Shown: one piece after another, positions 26,809-35,260 of the stretch
How the letters are laid out: each line of letters starts with the position of its first letter
Numbering within the stretch: position 1 is the stretch's first letter
Source of the DNA: Archaeoglobaceae archaeon
Lineage (GTDB): Archaea; Halobacteriota; Archaeoglobi; Archaeoglobales; Archaeoglobaceae
Direction: 5' to 3'
Assembly (NCBI GenBank): GCA_040514265.1
Contig: JBEVCD010000017.1
Span: 9,287 to 73,286 of the forward strand
Length of the DNA: 64,000 nucleotides
Made by a program: the position numbers and the translations under genes
Notes under the pieces: generated by a model
Told to the model about the DNA's origin: nothing
What the model saw: the letters and a program-made list of their open reading frames with translations, nothing else
The model's database searches: none

Positions 26809-27921
26809 ATGGACGTCGTGGAGTTACTGAAGAAACTCGTTAAAATCGACACGCGCAATCCGCCGGGTTACACCGGTGAAGCCGTCGAATTCCTTCAGAA
26901 CTTCTTCAGCTCCTACGAATGCAGAGTCTACGAGAAGAACGGAAAGCTCAGCATAGTTGTCGAGGTCAGCAAGGGGAAGCCCACGCTCATGCTGACCTCG
27001 CACCTGGACACCGTCCCCGCCAGCGACGCTCTGCTGAATCCGGTGATCGTGGACGGAAAACTCTACGGAAGGGGGAGCTGCGACGCGAAAGCCAGTGTCG
27101 CAGCCATGAGTGTTGCGGCGATCGAAGCTGACGTAGAATGCGGCTTAAAGCTCACCTTCACAGCCGACGAGGAAGTAGGAGGAGCCCACGGACTCGGATA
27201 CGTTTTCGAGCGCGAGGGAGCCGATGCTGTGATCGTCGGAGAACCTACAGGGCTCGACGCAGTAGGCGTGCTGCAGGCAGCAGTCGTTGCTGTTGACCTG
27301 GAGTTTGAGGGTGAGAGCGGGCACACGGCTATGAAGGACGCGAGTCTCGGGGCTATTTACAGAGCGGCTGTTTACATCTTGGATGCCGTAAAGCGCTTCA
27401 GAGAGATGAGCGGGGACTACGGAAGCTACGCTGAAGAGCTCAGAAAGCTCGGCTTTGAGTTCACGCTGAAGAGCTGGCAAGCAGTCTTTAATCCGGCGAT
27501 GATAAGCGGTGGAGTTAAAAGGAACGTCGTAGCACCTTCGTGCGTCGTAAAAGCGGATGTCCGCTTCGCGCCCTGGATTCCGATCTCTGAAGTCAGAGAG
27601 GCTCTGAACTGCGGTTGCAGGGTGAAAGTTGAGGGCTTCCTGCAACCTTACGGCTTCGGTTTTGACTCCGTAAAAAAGGAGGACGACGTGAAGCTGCTCA
27701 GAATACTCGGAAAGGTCGCGGGAAGATACGGGAAACCCAAAGCCGTTTTCAGCCTGGGAGTCGGTGATACGAGACACGTCAGAAAGCACGGGGTGCCGGC
27801 TTTCTACTACGGTCCCTCAGGCGGAGACATTCACGGGGAGAACGAATTCGTCTACCTGCACGAGCTCAGAGAGTTCGTCGAAGCCTACAAAAAGATTGTT
27901 GAGCTCTTCAAAACGTTCTGA
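26809..27921 (+). CDS. M20-family metallohydrolase (ArgE/DapE-like), second paralogue in the window
   Basis: It shows MDVVELLKKLVKIDTRNPPG, SHLDTVP, GRGSCDAKASVAAM and ADEEVGG. I prefer ATG 26809 over TTG 26791. Confidence 0.8.
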   Translation: MDVVELLKKLVKIDTRNPPGYTGEAVEFLQNFFSSYECRVYEKNGKLSIVVEVSKGKPTLMLTSHLDTVPASDALLNPVIVDGKLYGRGSCDAKASVAAMSVAAIEADVECGLKLTFTADEEVGGAHGLGYVFEREGADAVIVGEPTGLDAVGVLQAAVVAVDLEFEGESGHTAMKDASLGAIYRAAVYILDAVKRFREMSGDYGSYAEELRKLGFEFTLKSWQAVFNPAMISGGVKRNVVAPSCVVKADVRFAPWIPISEVREALNCGCRVKVEGFLQPYGFGFDSVKKEDDVKLLRILGKVAGRYGKPKAVFSLGVGDTRHVRKHGVPAFYYGPSGGDIHGENEFVYLHELREFVEAYKKIVELFKTF

Positions 27922-29107
27922 TTTTGTCTTCGAGTATCATCTCAGTGATTTTTGTTACCTCCGCTATCATTTCCTCTGCTATCTTCGCCGCCCTGGCGGC
28001 GATCGCGTCGAAATCCGCTCCGCTCTTCGGCAGTATCTGGATGTCGAGTATCCTCGGCTCGTTTATCGGTCTTCCTATCTGGCTGAGAATCTTGACGTAG
28101 ACTTCCCTTATACCCTCGATTTCCTCGTAACACTTCTGCGCGATCATGTTCGCCATTACGTTGTACAGCTTCCCGACGTGATTGACAGGGTTCTTACCGC
28201 TGCTCGCCTCTATGCTCATCGGTCTGCTCGGCGTTATCAGTCCGTTGACCCTGTTTCCCCTCCCCACACTGCCGTCGTCTCCGTTCTCAGCCGAAGTTCC
28301 GGTGACAGTTATGTAGACGCAGTTCGTCTCGTAGTCGTCGGCTGTGTTCACGTTGACCTCTACCTCTCGCTGAGTGTATTCGGAGGCGATATCGCGAACG
28401 AAGGATGCGAGTTCGGACTTCACGGAGTCGTACTCTCTGATGTTCGCGACGTGTCTGTCGACGAGAGCTGCCGCGATCGTGAGCGTTATCTTATCTCCCT
28501 CCCGGAGCCCCATGACCTTTACGTCCTCCCCCACAGCCTTTTCCGACTTCCTGAATTCCTCGTATATCCTCCTCTCGACGTTGTACACGAGCCTCTCGGT
28601 TTCCGACAGGGGGGCGAATCCTATCCCGAAAGACGTGTCGTTTGCGAGCGGAGCCTCGCCCCTTCTGCGTCTGAACACGTCTTGGAGGTCTGTGCTGCCT
28701 TCTCCTATCCTGACGTCGAATATCATGTCGGTTTCGGGGTTCAGATACCTCATGGATCTCCTGATGTAATCCTTCGCAGCCCTGAGGGCTATCCGATCGG
28801 TCGGAATGTACTCTCCCTCGTAGAACTTCGTAGCCCTGCCGACGAGGAGAACGTATATCGGCTGGATTAGCTCCCCGCCTCCGAACTTCGGATTCGACTT
28901 TCCGGCGACTATCTGCGTTTCGTCGGTGTTGTGGTGTAGGATCACTCCGAACCTCTTGATGTACTCTCTGCTCAATGCTCTGCTCATGGCCTCTGCGATG
29001 CCGTCGGCGAGGCTGTCGGGGTGACCTATGCCCTTTCTCTCTACGATCTCGATCTTCCTTTCTTCAATCGGCGTGTGAGTGAGCTTTTCGACGCTTATGT
29101 TCGGCAT
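27908..29107 (-). CDS. mat: archaeal-type S-adenosylmethionine synthetase
   Basis: MPNISVEKL...[19 protein letters not shown] is the archaeal MAT signature. The start at M23 of the ORF lies about 20-30 nt downstream of a TATA-like box (29126-29140). Confidence 0.9.
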   Translation of the reverse strand: MPNISVEKLTHTPIEERKIEIVERKGIGHPDSLADGIAEAMSRALSREYIKRFGVILHHNTDETQIVAGKSNPKFGGGELIQPIYVLLVGRATKFYEGEYIPTDRIALRAAKDYIRRSMRYLNPETDMIFDVRIGEGSTDLQDVFRRRRGEAPLANDTSFGIGFAPLSETERLVYNVERRIYEEFRKSEKAVGEDVKVMGLREGDKITLTIAAALVDRHVANIREYDSVKSELASFVRDIASEYTQREVEVNVNTADDYETNCVYITVTGTSAENGDDGSVGRGNRVNGLITPSRPMSIEASSGKNPVNHVGKLYNVMANMIAQKCYEEIEGIREVYVKILSQIGRPINEPRILDIQILPKSGADFDAIAARAAKIAEEMIAEVTKITEMILEDKIRTF

Positions 29108-29204
29108 AAATCTTTTGATCATCCGGGGAATATAAAGGTTGAGCGTAACCCGCGTTTTCCCACTTTTACGCAAACTTTAATTGAGAATCAGGTTAAATTT
29201 ATGC

Positions 29205-29414
29205 ATGGGACTCGAAGAGGAGGTAGTGCTGCTCATTAAGAGAGCACTCAGCGAACGAATAGCCGCAGACGGTGTCCGGTTTTTGGACGTTCACAGAGCG
29301 AACGAGTTCGCCGTCGAGATGGGTATCGACGCCAGCTGCGTGAAGCCCGTGATCGAAACGATAAACAGCGTTCTCGAAGCGAAGTGGAAGTCGAGAGACT
29401 CGAACATTCTGTGA
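29205..29414 (+). CDS. small hypothetical protein (69 aa)
   Basis: ORF MGLEEEVVLLIKRALSERIAADGVRF... has coding-like composition, and a TATA-like box lies about 20-30 nt upstream. I recognise no family. Confidence 0.4.
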   Translation: MGLEEEVVLLIKRALSERIAADGVRFLDVHRANEFAVEMGIDASCVKPVIETINSVLEAKWKSRDSNIL

Positions 29415-29454
29415 AACGAAAGAGATTTTAAATTTGGAACAATTCGCAACGTCG

Positions 29455-30039
29455 ATGACTCTCAAGTGTCTGCTTTACACCTGGGAGGACATCGTAAAGC
29501 TCTGCGAGGAGCTGGCTAGGAAGATAAAGGAGAGCGGCTACAGGCCAGACGTAATAGTGGCGGTCGCGAGAGGTGGGTGGGTTCCGGCGAGGATCCTCTG
29601 CGACCATCTCGACGTCAGAGAGCTTTACAGCGTGAAGACTGAGCACTGGGGCGTAGTCGCGACGCCTACGGGTGAGGCAAAAATAACCCAGCCCCTCAAC
29701 GTGAGTCTGAAAGGGAAGAGAGTTCTGATCGTCGACGACGTAGCCGACACGGGAGACACGATAAAGGTCGTAGCCGAGCACGTAAAAAGCCTCTCACCAG
29801 CCGAAGTGAAGATAGCTGTGATAGATTACAAGAAAACGTCGAAGTTTGAACCACACTACTACGCTGCCCTGATGGAGGAGTGGAGGTGGATAGTTTACCC
29901 GTGGAGCATAAGGGAAGATCTGAAGGATCTCCTCAAGAGGAGAGAGGTCAAAAACGTTGAAGAGGCTCTGGATTATCTCAGAAGTCTCGACCTCGAAGTC
30001 GACAGGAAGCTGGTGGAGGATGTCATCACGGATTGCTGA
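29455..30039 (+). CDS. hpt: purine phosphoribosyltransferase (archaeal hypoxanthine/guanine PRT type)
   Basis: It has the PRPP-binding motif VLIVDDVADTGDT and the N-terminus WEDIVKLCEELARKIKESGYRPDVIVAVARGG. Confidence 0.85.
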   Translation: MTLKCLLYTWEDIVKLCEELARKIKESGYRPDVIVAVARGGWVPARILCDHLDVRELYSVKTEHWGVVATPTGEAKITQPLNVSLKGKRVLIVDDVADTGDTIKVVAEHVKSLSPAEVKIAVIDYKKTSKFEPHYYAALMEEWRWIVYPWSIREDLKDLLKRREVKNVEEALDYLRSLDLEVDRKLVEDVITDC

Positions 30040-31690
30040 GCTCAAGGAACTCCTAGCAGTAGCGAGAGGAGAAAAGAGAGCTCAACTAGTTTTGAAAAGA
30101 GCCGAGATAGTAAACGTGATCAGCGAGGAGATCGAGGTTGCTGATATCGCAGTGCATCGCGGCGTAATAGTTGGTGTTGGGAGTTACAGCGGTGTTGAGG
30201 AGGTGGACTGCAGAAACCTGATCGCGGTTCCCGGGCTCGTGGATGCACACACGCATGTAGAGATGTCGATGCTCAGCCTTACCGAGTTCGCTCGTCTCGT
30301 CGTTCCGCGCGGAACGACCTGCGTCGTAGCTGACCCGCACGAGATCGCAAACGTTCTCGGGGTTGAGGGCGTTAAACTACTCATAGAGGAGTCCCGCCAC
30401 GTTCCGCTCCGCTTCTACTGTCTCGCACCGTCGTGCGTTCCGTCGTCACCGCTCGAAACACCGGGGGCGAAGCTGGGCGTTGAAGAAGTGAAAGAGCTCA
30501 TGGAGCTCGAAGAGGTTATCGGGCTGGCGGAGGTCATGAACTACCCCGGAACGGTGGAAGGAGACGAAGAATTACTTGCGAAGATCGCAGCATCGAGAGG
30601 CGTCGTCGACGGACACTGCCCGGGTCTTAGGGGAGAGAGGCTAAACGCTTACATCGTAGCCGGAGCGATGTCGGATCACGAGGTCTCTGGGCTCGAAGAG
30701 GCGAAGGAGAAACTCCGGAGGGGCATGAGGATAATGATCCGCGAAGGCTCAGCTGCAAGGAACCTGAGAATACTCAAAGAGCTCATCCCACACAGAAACG
30801 TCATGCTCGTAACCGACGGTGATCGCACACCGCTTGACCTGCTTAACGAGGGGTACCTCGACCACGTTTTTAGGAGAGCGGTTGAAGAGGGTGTGGACGA
30901 AATCCACGCACTTCAGGCTGTGACGCTGAACCCAGCGGAATATTTCAGATTGAACTGCGGAGCCATAGCTCCGGGCAGGCTGGCGGATATAGTGCTCCTG
31001 AAAAACCTCAGAAGGTTCGAGGTCGAAGCCGTGTTCGTCGACGGCGCAAGGGTTACGAGCTTCGAGAGGCGCTTCGAATACCCGGAGTTTGCTAAGAAAA
31101 CTTTCAGACTTGCTAGGAAGGTAACGCCCGAAGACTTACAGCTCGGCAGCGGCTTGGCGAGGATAATAAGGGTCATAGACGGTGAGATAATCACGGGCGA
31201 GGACAGGGAATACGTCGAGGGTATCGACGTTGAGAGGGACGTTCTGAAAATAGCGGTCGTCGAGAGACATAGGGCTACGGGAAACGTGGGGAAAGCTTAC
31301 GTGAGGGGATTCGGGCTGAAGAGGGGGGCAGTAGCCCAGAGCATAGCGCACGATGCACACAACATCGTATGCGTCGGCGCGAGCGACGATGACATGTGCA
31401 CGGCAATAAACAGAGTGGCGGAACTTCAGGGAGGCATAGTCGTCGTCGACGGCTTTGTAAAAGCCGAGCTGCCTCTTAAGATAGCCGGGCTCATGAGCGA
31501 CGAGAAAGCGGAAGTTGTTGCGGAGAGGTTGAGGAGGATTTACAGAGAAATCGGGGAGCTCGGGTGTAAGCTCAGGGATCCGATAATGACGCTATCTTTC
31601 GTCGCTCTCCCAGTAATTCCGAAGCTGAAGGTGACGGACCTCGGGCTCGTGGATGTCGAAAGCTTTGAAGTTGTCGACCCGCTGCTATGA
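30020..31690 (+). CDS. ade: adenine deaminase
   Basis: It has the amidohydrolase motif PGLVDAHTHVEMS and the overall Ade architecture. I chose the internal start MSSRIAELKEL, which gives a 20-nt overlap with hpt. Confidence 0.85.
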   Translation: MSSRIAELKELLAVARGEKRAQLVLKRAEIVNVISEEIEVADIAVHRGVIVGVGSYSGVEEVDCRNLIAVPGLVDAHTHVEMSMLSLTEFARLVVPRGTTCVVADPHEIANVLGVEGVKLLIEESRHVPLRFYCLAPSCVPSSPLETPGAKLGVEEVKELMELEEVIGLAEVMNYPGTVEGDEELLAKIAASRGVVDGHCPGLRGERLNAYIVAGAMSDHEVSGLEEAKEKLRRGMRIMIREGSAARNLRILKELIPHRNVMLVTDGDRTPLDLLNEGYLDHVFRRAVEEGVDEIHALQAVTLNPAEYFRLNCGAIAPGRLADIVLLKNLRRFEVEAVFVDGARVTSFERRFEYPEFAKKTFRLARKVTPEDLQLGSGLARIIRVIDGEIITGEDREYVEGIDVERDVLKIAVVERHRATGNVGKAYVRGFGLKRGAVAQSIAHDAHNIVCVGASDDDMCTAINRVAELQGGIVVVDGFVKAELPLKIAGLMSDEKAEVVAERLRRIYREIGELGCKLRDPIMTLSFVALPVIPKLKVTDLGLVDVESFEVVDPLL

Positions 31691-32484
31691 GGTACAGGTT
31701 TCCGAAGGGAATGCGTCCCTCCAGCCTTGAGGAGAGGAGGTTCTTCTACTCCGAGAAGTTCGACGTTGAAGCTGCCGAAAGGTGGTTGAGCTGGAGGGAC
31801 ATAATGAACACGGCTTTCGCCGTTATAGTGGGAAGACACTCCGGAATATACCTTCCGCAGTACGAGAGCATAAGGCGGAAAGCCGTGATAATAGACGAAC
31901 ACGGGGGCTTGCACGATGTGCTACGCTACGTGCTGCGCTATCTGCCTGAGGGCTTCTACTACGACAGGAACATCTACAGAGACCTCCGGCTCTGCGCAGC
32001 AAAGGGGTGCGACTACAGGAACTGCTGGAACTGCGAGAACTTTCTGGGTCAGGAACTGGCGTTCGACGTCGATCCGGAGAACGTCGACTGCCCGTACCAT
32101 GGAAGCGTTGAGGAGAAGATGAAGAGAGGAGAGGGTCTCAGCTTCTGCATGCTGGAGTTCAAGAAAGTTAGGAGACTCACACTGGAGCTGCACGACGAGC
32201 TGAAAAGAGAATTTAAAGATATCAGAATAGTCTTCTCTGGCAGGGGATTTCACGTTCACGTTTTAGACGAGAAGGCGACGAAAATGGGTAAAGACGAGAG
32301 GGAAGAGCTTGCGAAGGCGTATTCTGGATACGCGATAGATGAGTGGGTCACGAGCGGGGAAATGCGACTGATCAGGATGCCCTACTCGCTGAACGGTCTC
32401 GTGAATAGGATTTGCACGCCTCTCAGCGTCGAGGAGGCTGCGAGCTTCGACCCGAGGCGGGAAGCTATTCCTTTTCCGCCTTAA
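31687..32484 (+). CDS. priS: AEP-superfamily DNA primase small subunit (PriS-like), compact 265 aa
   Basis: The catalytic motifs are present: ELAFDVDPEN (DxD), SGRGFHVHV and RMPYSLN. It also has a Cys-rich insert, CAAKGCDYRNCWNC. Confidence 0.75.
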   Translation: MRYRFPKGMRPSSLEERRFFYSEKFDVEAAERWLSWRDIMNTAFAVIVGRHSGIYLPQYESIRRKAVIIDEHGGLHDVLRYVLRYLPEGFYYDRNIYRDLRLCAAKGCDYRNCWNCENFLGQELAFDVDPENVDCPYHGSVEEKMKRGEGLSFCMLEFKKVRRLTLELHDELKREFKDIRIVFSGRGFHVHVLDEKATKMGKDEREELAKAYSGYAIDEWVTSGEMRLIRMPYSLNGLVNRICTPLSVEEAASFDPRREAIPFPP

Positions 32485-32570
32485 CCTCCTCGCCGTAGTA
32501 ATAGTAGAGCTTCTTCTTCTTTTCCTTCGGCTCCATGGAGAAAATCTTTAAAAAAGATTTAAAATTTTCG

Positions 32571-33119
32571 TCAGCTCTTGAGCAATCTTATGAACTCCCT
32601 CATCATCGCCGGCAGATCCGGCCAGGCTCTGCTGGTTACGAGGTTTCCGTCGACCACGACCTCGGCATCCTCGTAACTTCCGCAGCTTTCGACGTCGGGC
32701 TTTACCGCCACGTAACACGTAGCTTTCCTGTCCTTCAGCAAACCGTAAGCTGCGAGTACCTGAGGTCCGTGGCAGATCGCTGCGACTGGCTTGTTCGCTT
32801 CAAAGAAGTGCCTGACGATCTTTTCGAGCTCCGGCGAGAGTCTTATGTACTCGGGAGCTCTCCCGCCGGGTATGACCAAGCCGTCGTATTCCTCGGGATT
32901 GACCTCGGAGAAGCTCTTGTTGACCCACCTGAAAATGTATCCGGGCTTTTCGGTGTAAGTCTCCCACCCTTCCTCGAAGTCGTGGACAACTGTGCGGAGC
33001 TCCTTTTTCGTCGGAGCCGCTACGTGAACTTCGAATCCCTCCTCCCTCAACCTAAAGTAGGGGTAGAATATTTCCAGCGCCTCTACGGCATCGCCGGCAA
33101 CTATCAGAACCCTCTTCAT
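32571..33119 (-). CDS. pfpI: DJ-1/PfpI-family intracellular protease/deglycase
   Basis: It has the nucleophile elbow AAICHGP and the motif VIPGGRAPE. The start is MKRVLIV. Confidence 0.85.
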   Translation of the reverse strand: MKRVLIVAGDAVEALEIFYPYFRLREEGFEVHVAAPTKKELRTVVHDFEEGWETYTEKPGYIFRWVNKSFSEVNPEEYDGLVIPGGRAPEYIRLSPELEKIVRHFFEANKPVAAICHGPQVLAAYGLLKDRKATCYVAVKPDVESCGSYEDAEVVVDGNLVTSRAWPDLPAMMREFIRLLKS

Positions 33120-33188
33120 ACCCTTTTGTTTTTCCTCCCGCAAGTTAAACTTTGCGAGCGATTTTTAACTTTCCGAACCACTTGCGCA

Positions 33189-34550
33189 GTGTACGATGTA
33201 GCCGTGATCGGCGCAGGAGTTACGGGGTGCTTCATAGCGAAAGAGCTCTCGAAGTACGAAGTCAGCGTCGTCGTTTTCGAGAAAAAGTCCGGAGTGGGAC
33301 TTTTACAGACCAAGGGGTGCAGCGGCGTTATACACGCTTTCCAGTTCCCTTTCAGCTCGCTCCGCGGCAGGCTGTGCCTTGAAGGCAATAAGATTATGGA
33401 CCGCGAAGCATCGGAGCTCGGTTTCGAGTTCAAGCGCGTGGGCTTGCTTCTACTCGCAACCAACGAGGTATCGAAGCTGATGCTTCCCATCGTAAAGCGC
33501 CTCCTTTCGAGACACCTGGACGTCAGAGCCGTGAGCAGAGAGGAGATACTCGCGACCGAGCCGAATGTTACGGAAAGGGTGAGGGGTGGACTGCTGCTAC
33601 CGTCCGCTGGTGTCGTGAATCCGGTGGAGATGACGTTCACAGCTTTCCTGTTCGCAAAGCTCAACGGCGTAGATTTCGTCTTCGACTGCGAGGTGACGGG
33701 GATAGAGAGGAGACTCGACAGGTTCGTGATAGAGACGAGCAAGGGAAAGTTCGAAGCGAGGTTCGTCGTCAACTGCGCCGGCGTATACGCCGACGAGGTC
33801 GCGAGAATGGTTGGATACGATCTCCAGATAAAACCCAGTAAAGGTTCGCACGTCGTTTTCGGCGAGAAGGGGTTCACGAACCACATGATGGCGGCGATAC
33901 CCCTAAAACCGAAACGCATAACTGGTGGAGCACTCGTCAGCGTCGACGGAAAGCCCGTCTGGGGACCGAACTTTGTCGAAGTCGACGACAAGGAGGACAC
34001 GAGCGTTACCAGAGAGGATATCGAGGGGATAATAGAGGAGTTCTCACACCTCTTCAGGAGACTGCCCGAAAAGCCGTTAGCCTACTACGCTGGAGTTATG
34101 GCTACGGCTGGGAAAGATTTTGTCATAAATCAACCGATCAGGAACTTCATAAACGTTGCAGGTATTCAGAGCCCGGGCTTAACAGCTGCTCCGGCTATAG
34201 CCAAGCTCGTCGTCAGAATGCTCGCGACGAGTGGTCTAAAGCTCAAAAGAAAGCAGAGCCTCGCGAGGTTTTCGCTAAGGAGGTTCGCAAAGATGAGCGA
34301 TGAGGAGAGGGCTAAGTTGGTAGCCGAGGACCCAAGATACGGAAGAGTAGTCTGTCTCTGCAACCTCGTTACTGAAGCTGAGATCGAAGAGATCCTGAAG
34401 CACACGCCGTGCTTCGACATCGTGAAGCACGTGACGCGAGCCGGTATGGATTGCTGCGAGTGTCACGCGGACATAATAATTTTTATACAGAGGAAGTTAG
34501 GATACTCTGTAAAGGATCAGGTAAAAAGTGACCTGGCATGGCGACGGTAG
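33189..34550 (+). CDS. FAD-dependent oxidoreductase (GlpA/L-2-hydroxyglutarate oxidase-like) with BFD-like [2Fe-2S] C-terminal domain
   Basis: It has an in-frame GTG start followed by YDVAVIGAGVTGCFIAKEL (Rossmann motif). The C-terminus has CLCNLVTEAEIEEIL...CCEC. The 5' 650 nt of the 671-aa ORF lie antisense to pfpI and I exclude them. Confidence 0.75.
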   Translation: MYDVAVIGAGVTGCFIAKELSKYEVSVVVFEKKSGVGLLQTKGCSGVIHAFQFPFSSLRGRLCLEGNKIMDREASELGFEFKRVGLLLLATNEVSKLMLPIVKRLLSRHLDVRAVSREEILATEPNVTERVRGGLLLPSAGVVNPVEMTFTAFLFAKLNGVDFVFDCEVTGIERRLDRFVIETSKGKFEARFVVNCAGVYADEVARMVGYDLQIKPSKGSHVVFGEKGFTNHMMAAIPLKPKRITGGALVSVDGKPVWGPNFVEVDDKEDTSVTREDIEGIIEEFSHLFRRLPEKPLAYYAGVMATAGKDFVINQPIRNFINVAGIQSPGLTAAPAIAKLVVRMLATSGLKLKRKQSLARFSLRRFAKMSDEERAKLVAEDPRYGRVVCLCNLVTEAEIEEILKHTPCFDIVKHVTRAGMDCCECHADIIIFIQRKLGYSVKDQVKSDLAWRR

Positions 34551-35260
34551 ATTACGTCGTGGTTGGAGGTGGTTACGCGGGACTGCTCTGCGGGAAGAAA
34601 CTGATCGACGAGGGTTTCAACACCCTCGTGTTCGACATGAGGGGCGGCGGCGGAGAGCTCGCAGTCTTCGCAAAGCTCAGCGACTTCAGGGCTAGATACG
34701 AGAAGTACATCGAGGAGATGGAGGAACTTCGAAAGGAGGTTCCGGTCGAGAAGGGGACGGTAATAAAGTCGAAGCCCGTGATTGTAAACTCGGAGAACGG
34801 ACTGAAGAGGCTCGAAGCCCGGAAGGTTCTGATATGCACCGGCGCAACCGACGTTGCGCCTACGAGGCTTAACGTTCTCGGCAAAAGGGTCGCCGGGATC
34901 TATACGCTGAACAACGCTTTGAGACTACTCGCCGAGAACATGAGCATCGGCAGCAAGATCCTCTTCGCCGCGAAGCCCGACGACGTTGTGAACGTAGCCG
35001 AGGAGCAGTTTTACAGACTCGGCTACGAAGTTGAGTTGACCGAGCTGAGGAGCGACATAAACGTAATCGGCAAGACCCGCGTTGAGGGTGTCGAGATCGG
35101 AGGAGAACTCTACAGGTGCGACGCTCTCGTTATCTACGGTGGGAGAGAACCCTTCAACCCGCTGAAGCTTCGCGGAACGCCCATTGGCAACGTTGTTACC
35201 TGCACTTACGACTATTCGAGAGTCGAGGAGCAGGTGAAGAACTTTATCTCGAAGCTCTAG
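34538..35260 (+). CDS. short FAD/NAD(P)-binding oxidoreductase (pyridine nucleotide-disulfide oxidoreductase-like)
   Basis: It has the motif DYVVVGGGYAGLLCG. A 13-nt overlap couples it to the upstream FAD oxidoreductase gene. Confidence 0.6.
   Translation: MATVDYVVVGGGYAGLLCGKKLIDEGFNTLVFDMRGGGGELAVFAKLSDFRARYEKYIEEMEELRKEVPVEKGTVIKSKPVIVNSENGLKRLEARKVLICTGATDVAPTRLNVLGKRVAGIYTLNNALRLLAENMSIGSKILFAAKPDDVVNVAEEQFYRLGYEVELTELRSDINVIGKTRVEGVEIGGELYRCDALVIYGGREPFNPLKLRGTPIGNVVTCTYDYSRVEEQVKNFISKL

Noticed and set aside
18251-27921. Possible functional link between the LysW-like zinc ribbon and the two M20 (LysK/ArgE-like) hydrolases, as an AAA-type lysine pathway
   Set aside because: No LysX, LysZ, LysY or LysJ homologues are present in the window. 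The genes are 13-22 kb apart, and a DapL-like aminotransferase suggests the diaminopimelate route instead. The zinc-ribbon tail ends in Tyr rather than the Glu used by LysW.
27764-28870. 368-aa plus-strand ORF opposite the SAM synthetase gene
   Set aside because: It lies antisense to a canonical archaeal MAT and has no recognisable domains.
32465-32536. Tiny minus-strand ORF MEPKEKKKKLYYYYGEEVKAEKE with a TATA-like box just upstream
   Set aside because: It is only 23 codons, overlaps the priS 3' end, and resembles no small ribosomal or other protein convincingly. It cannot be supported without expression or conservation data.
32535-33188. N-terminal 218 codons of the 671-aa ORF 32535-34550
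   Set aside because: This part lies antisense to the well-supported pfpI gene. The Rossmann motif of the real FAD oxidoreductase begins right after an in-frame GTG at 33189, with a TATA-like box just upstream.
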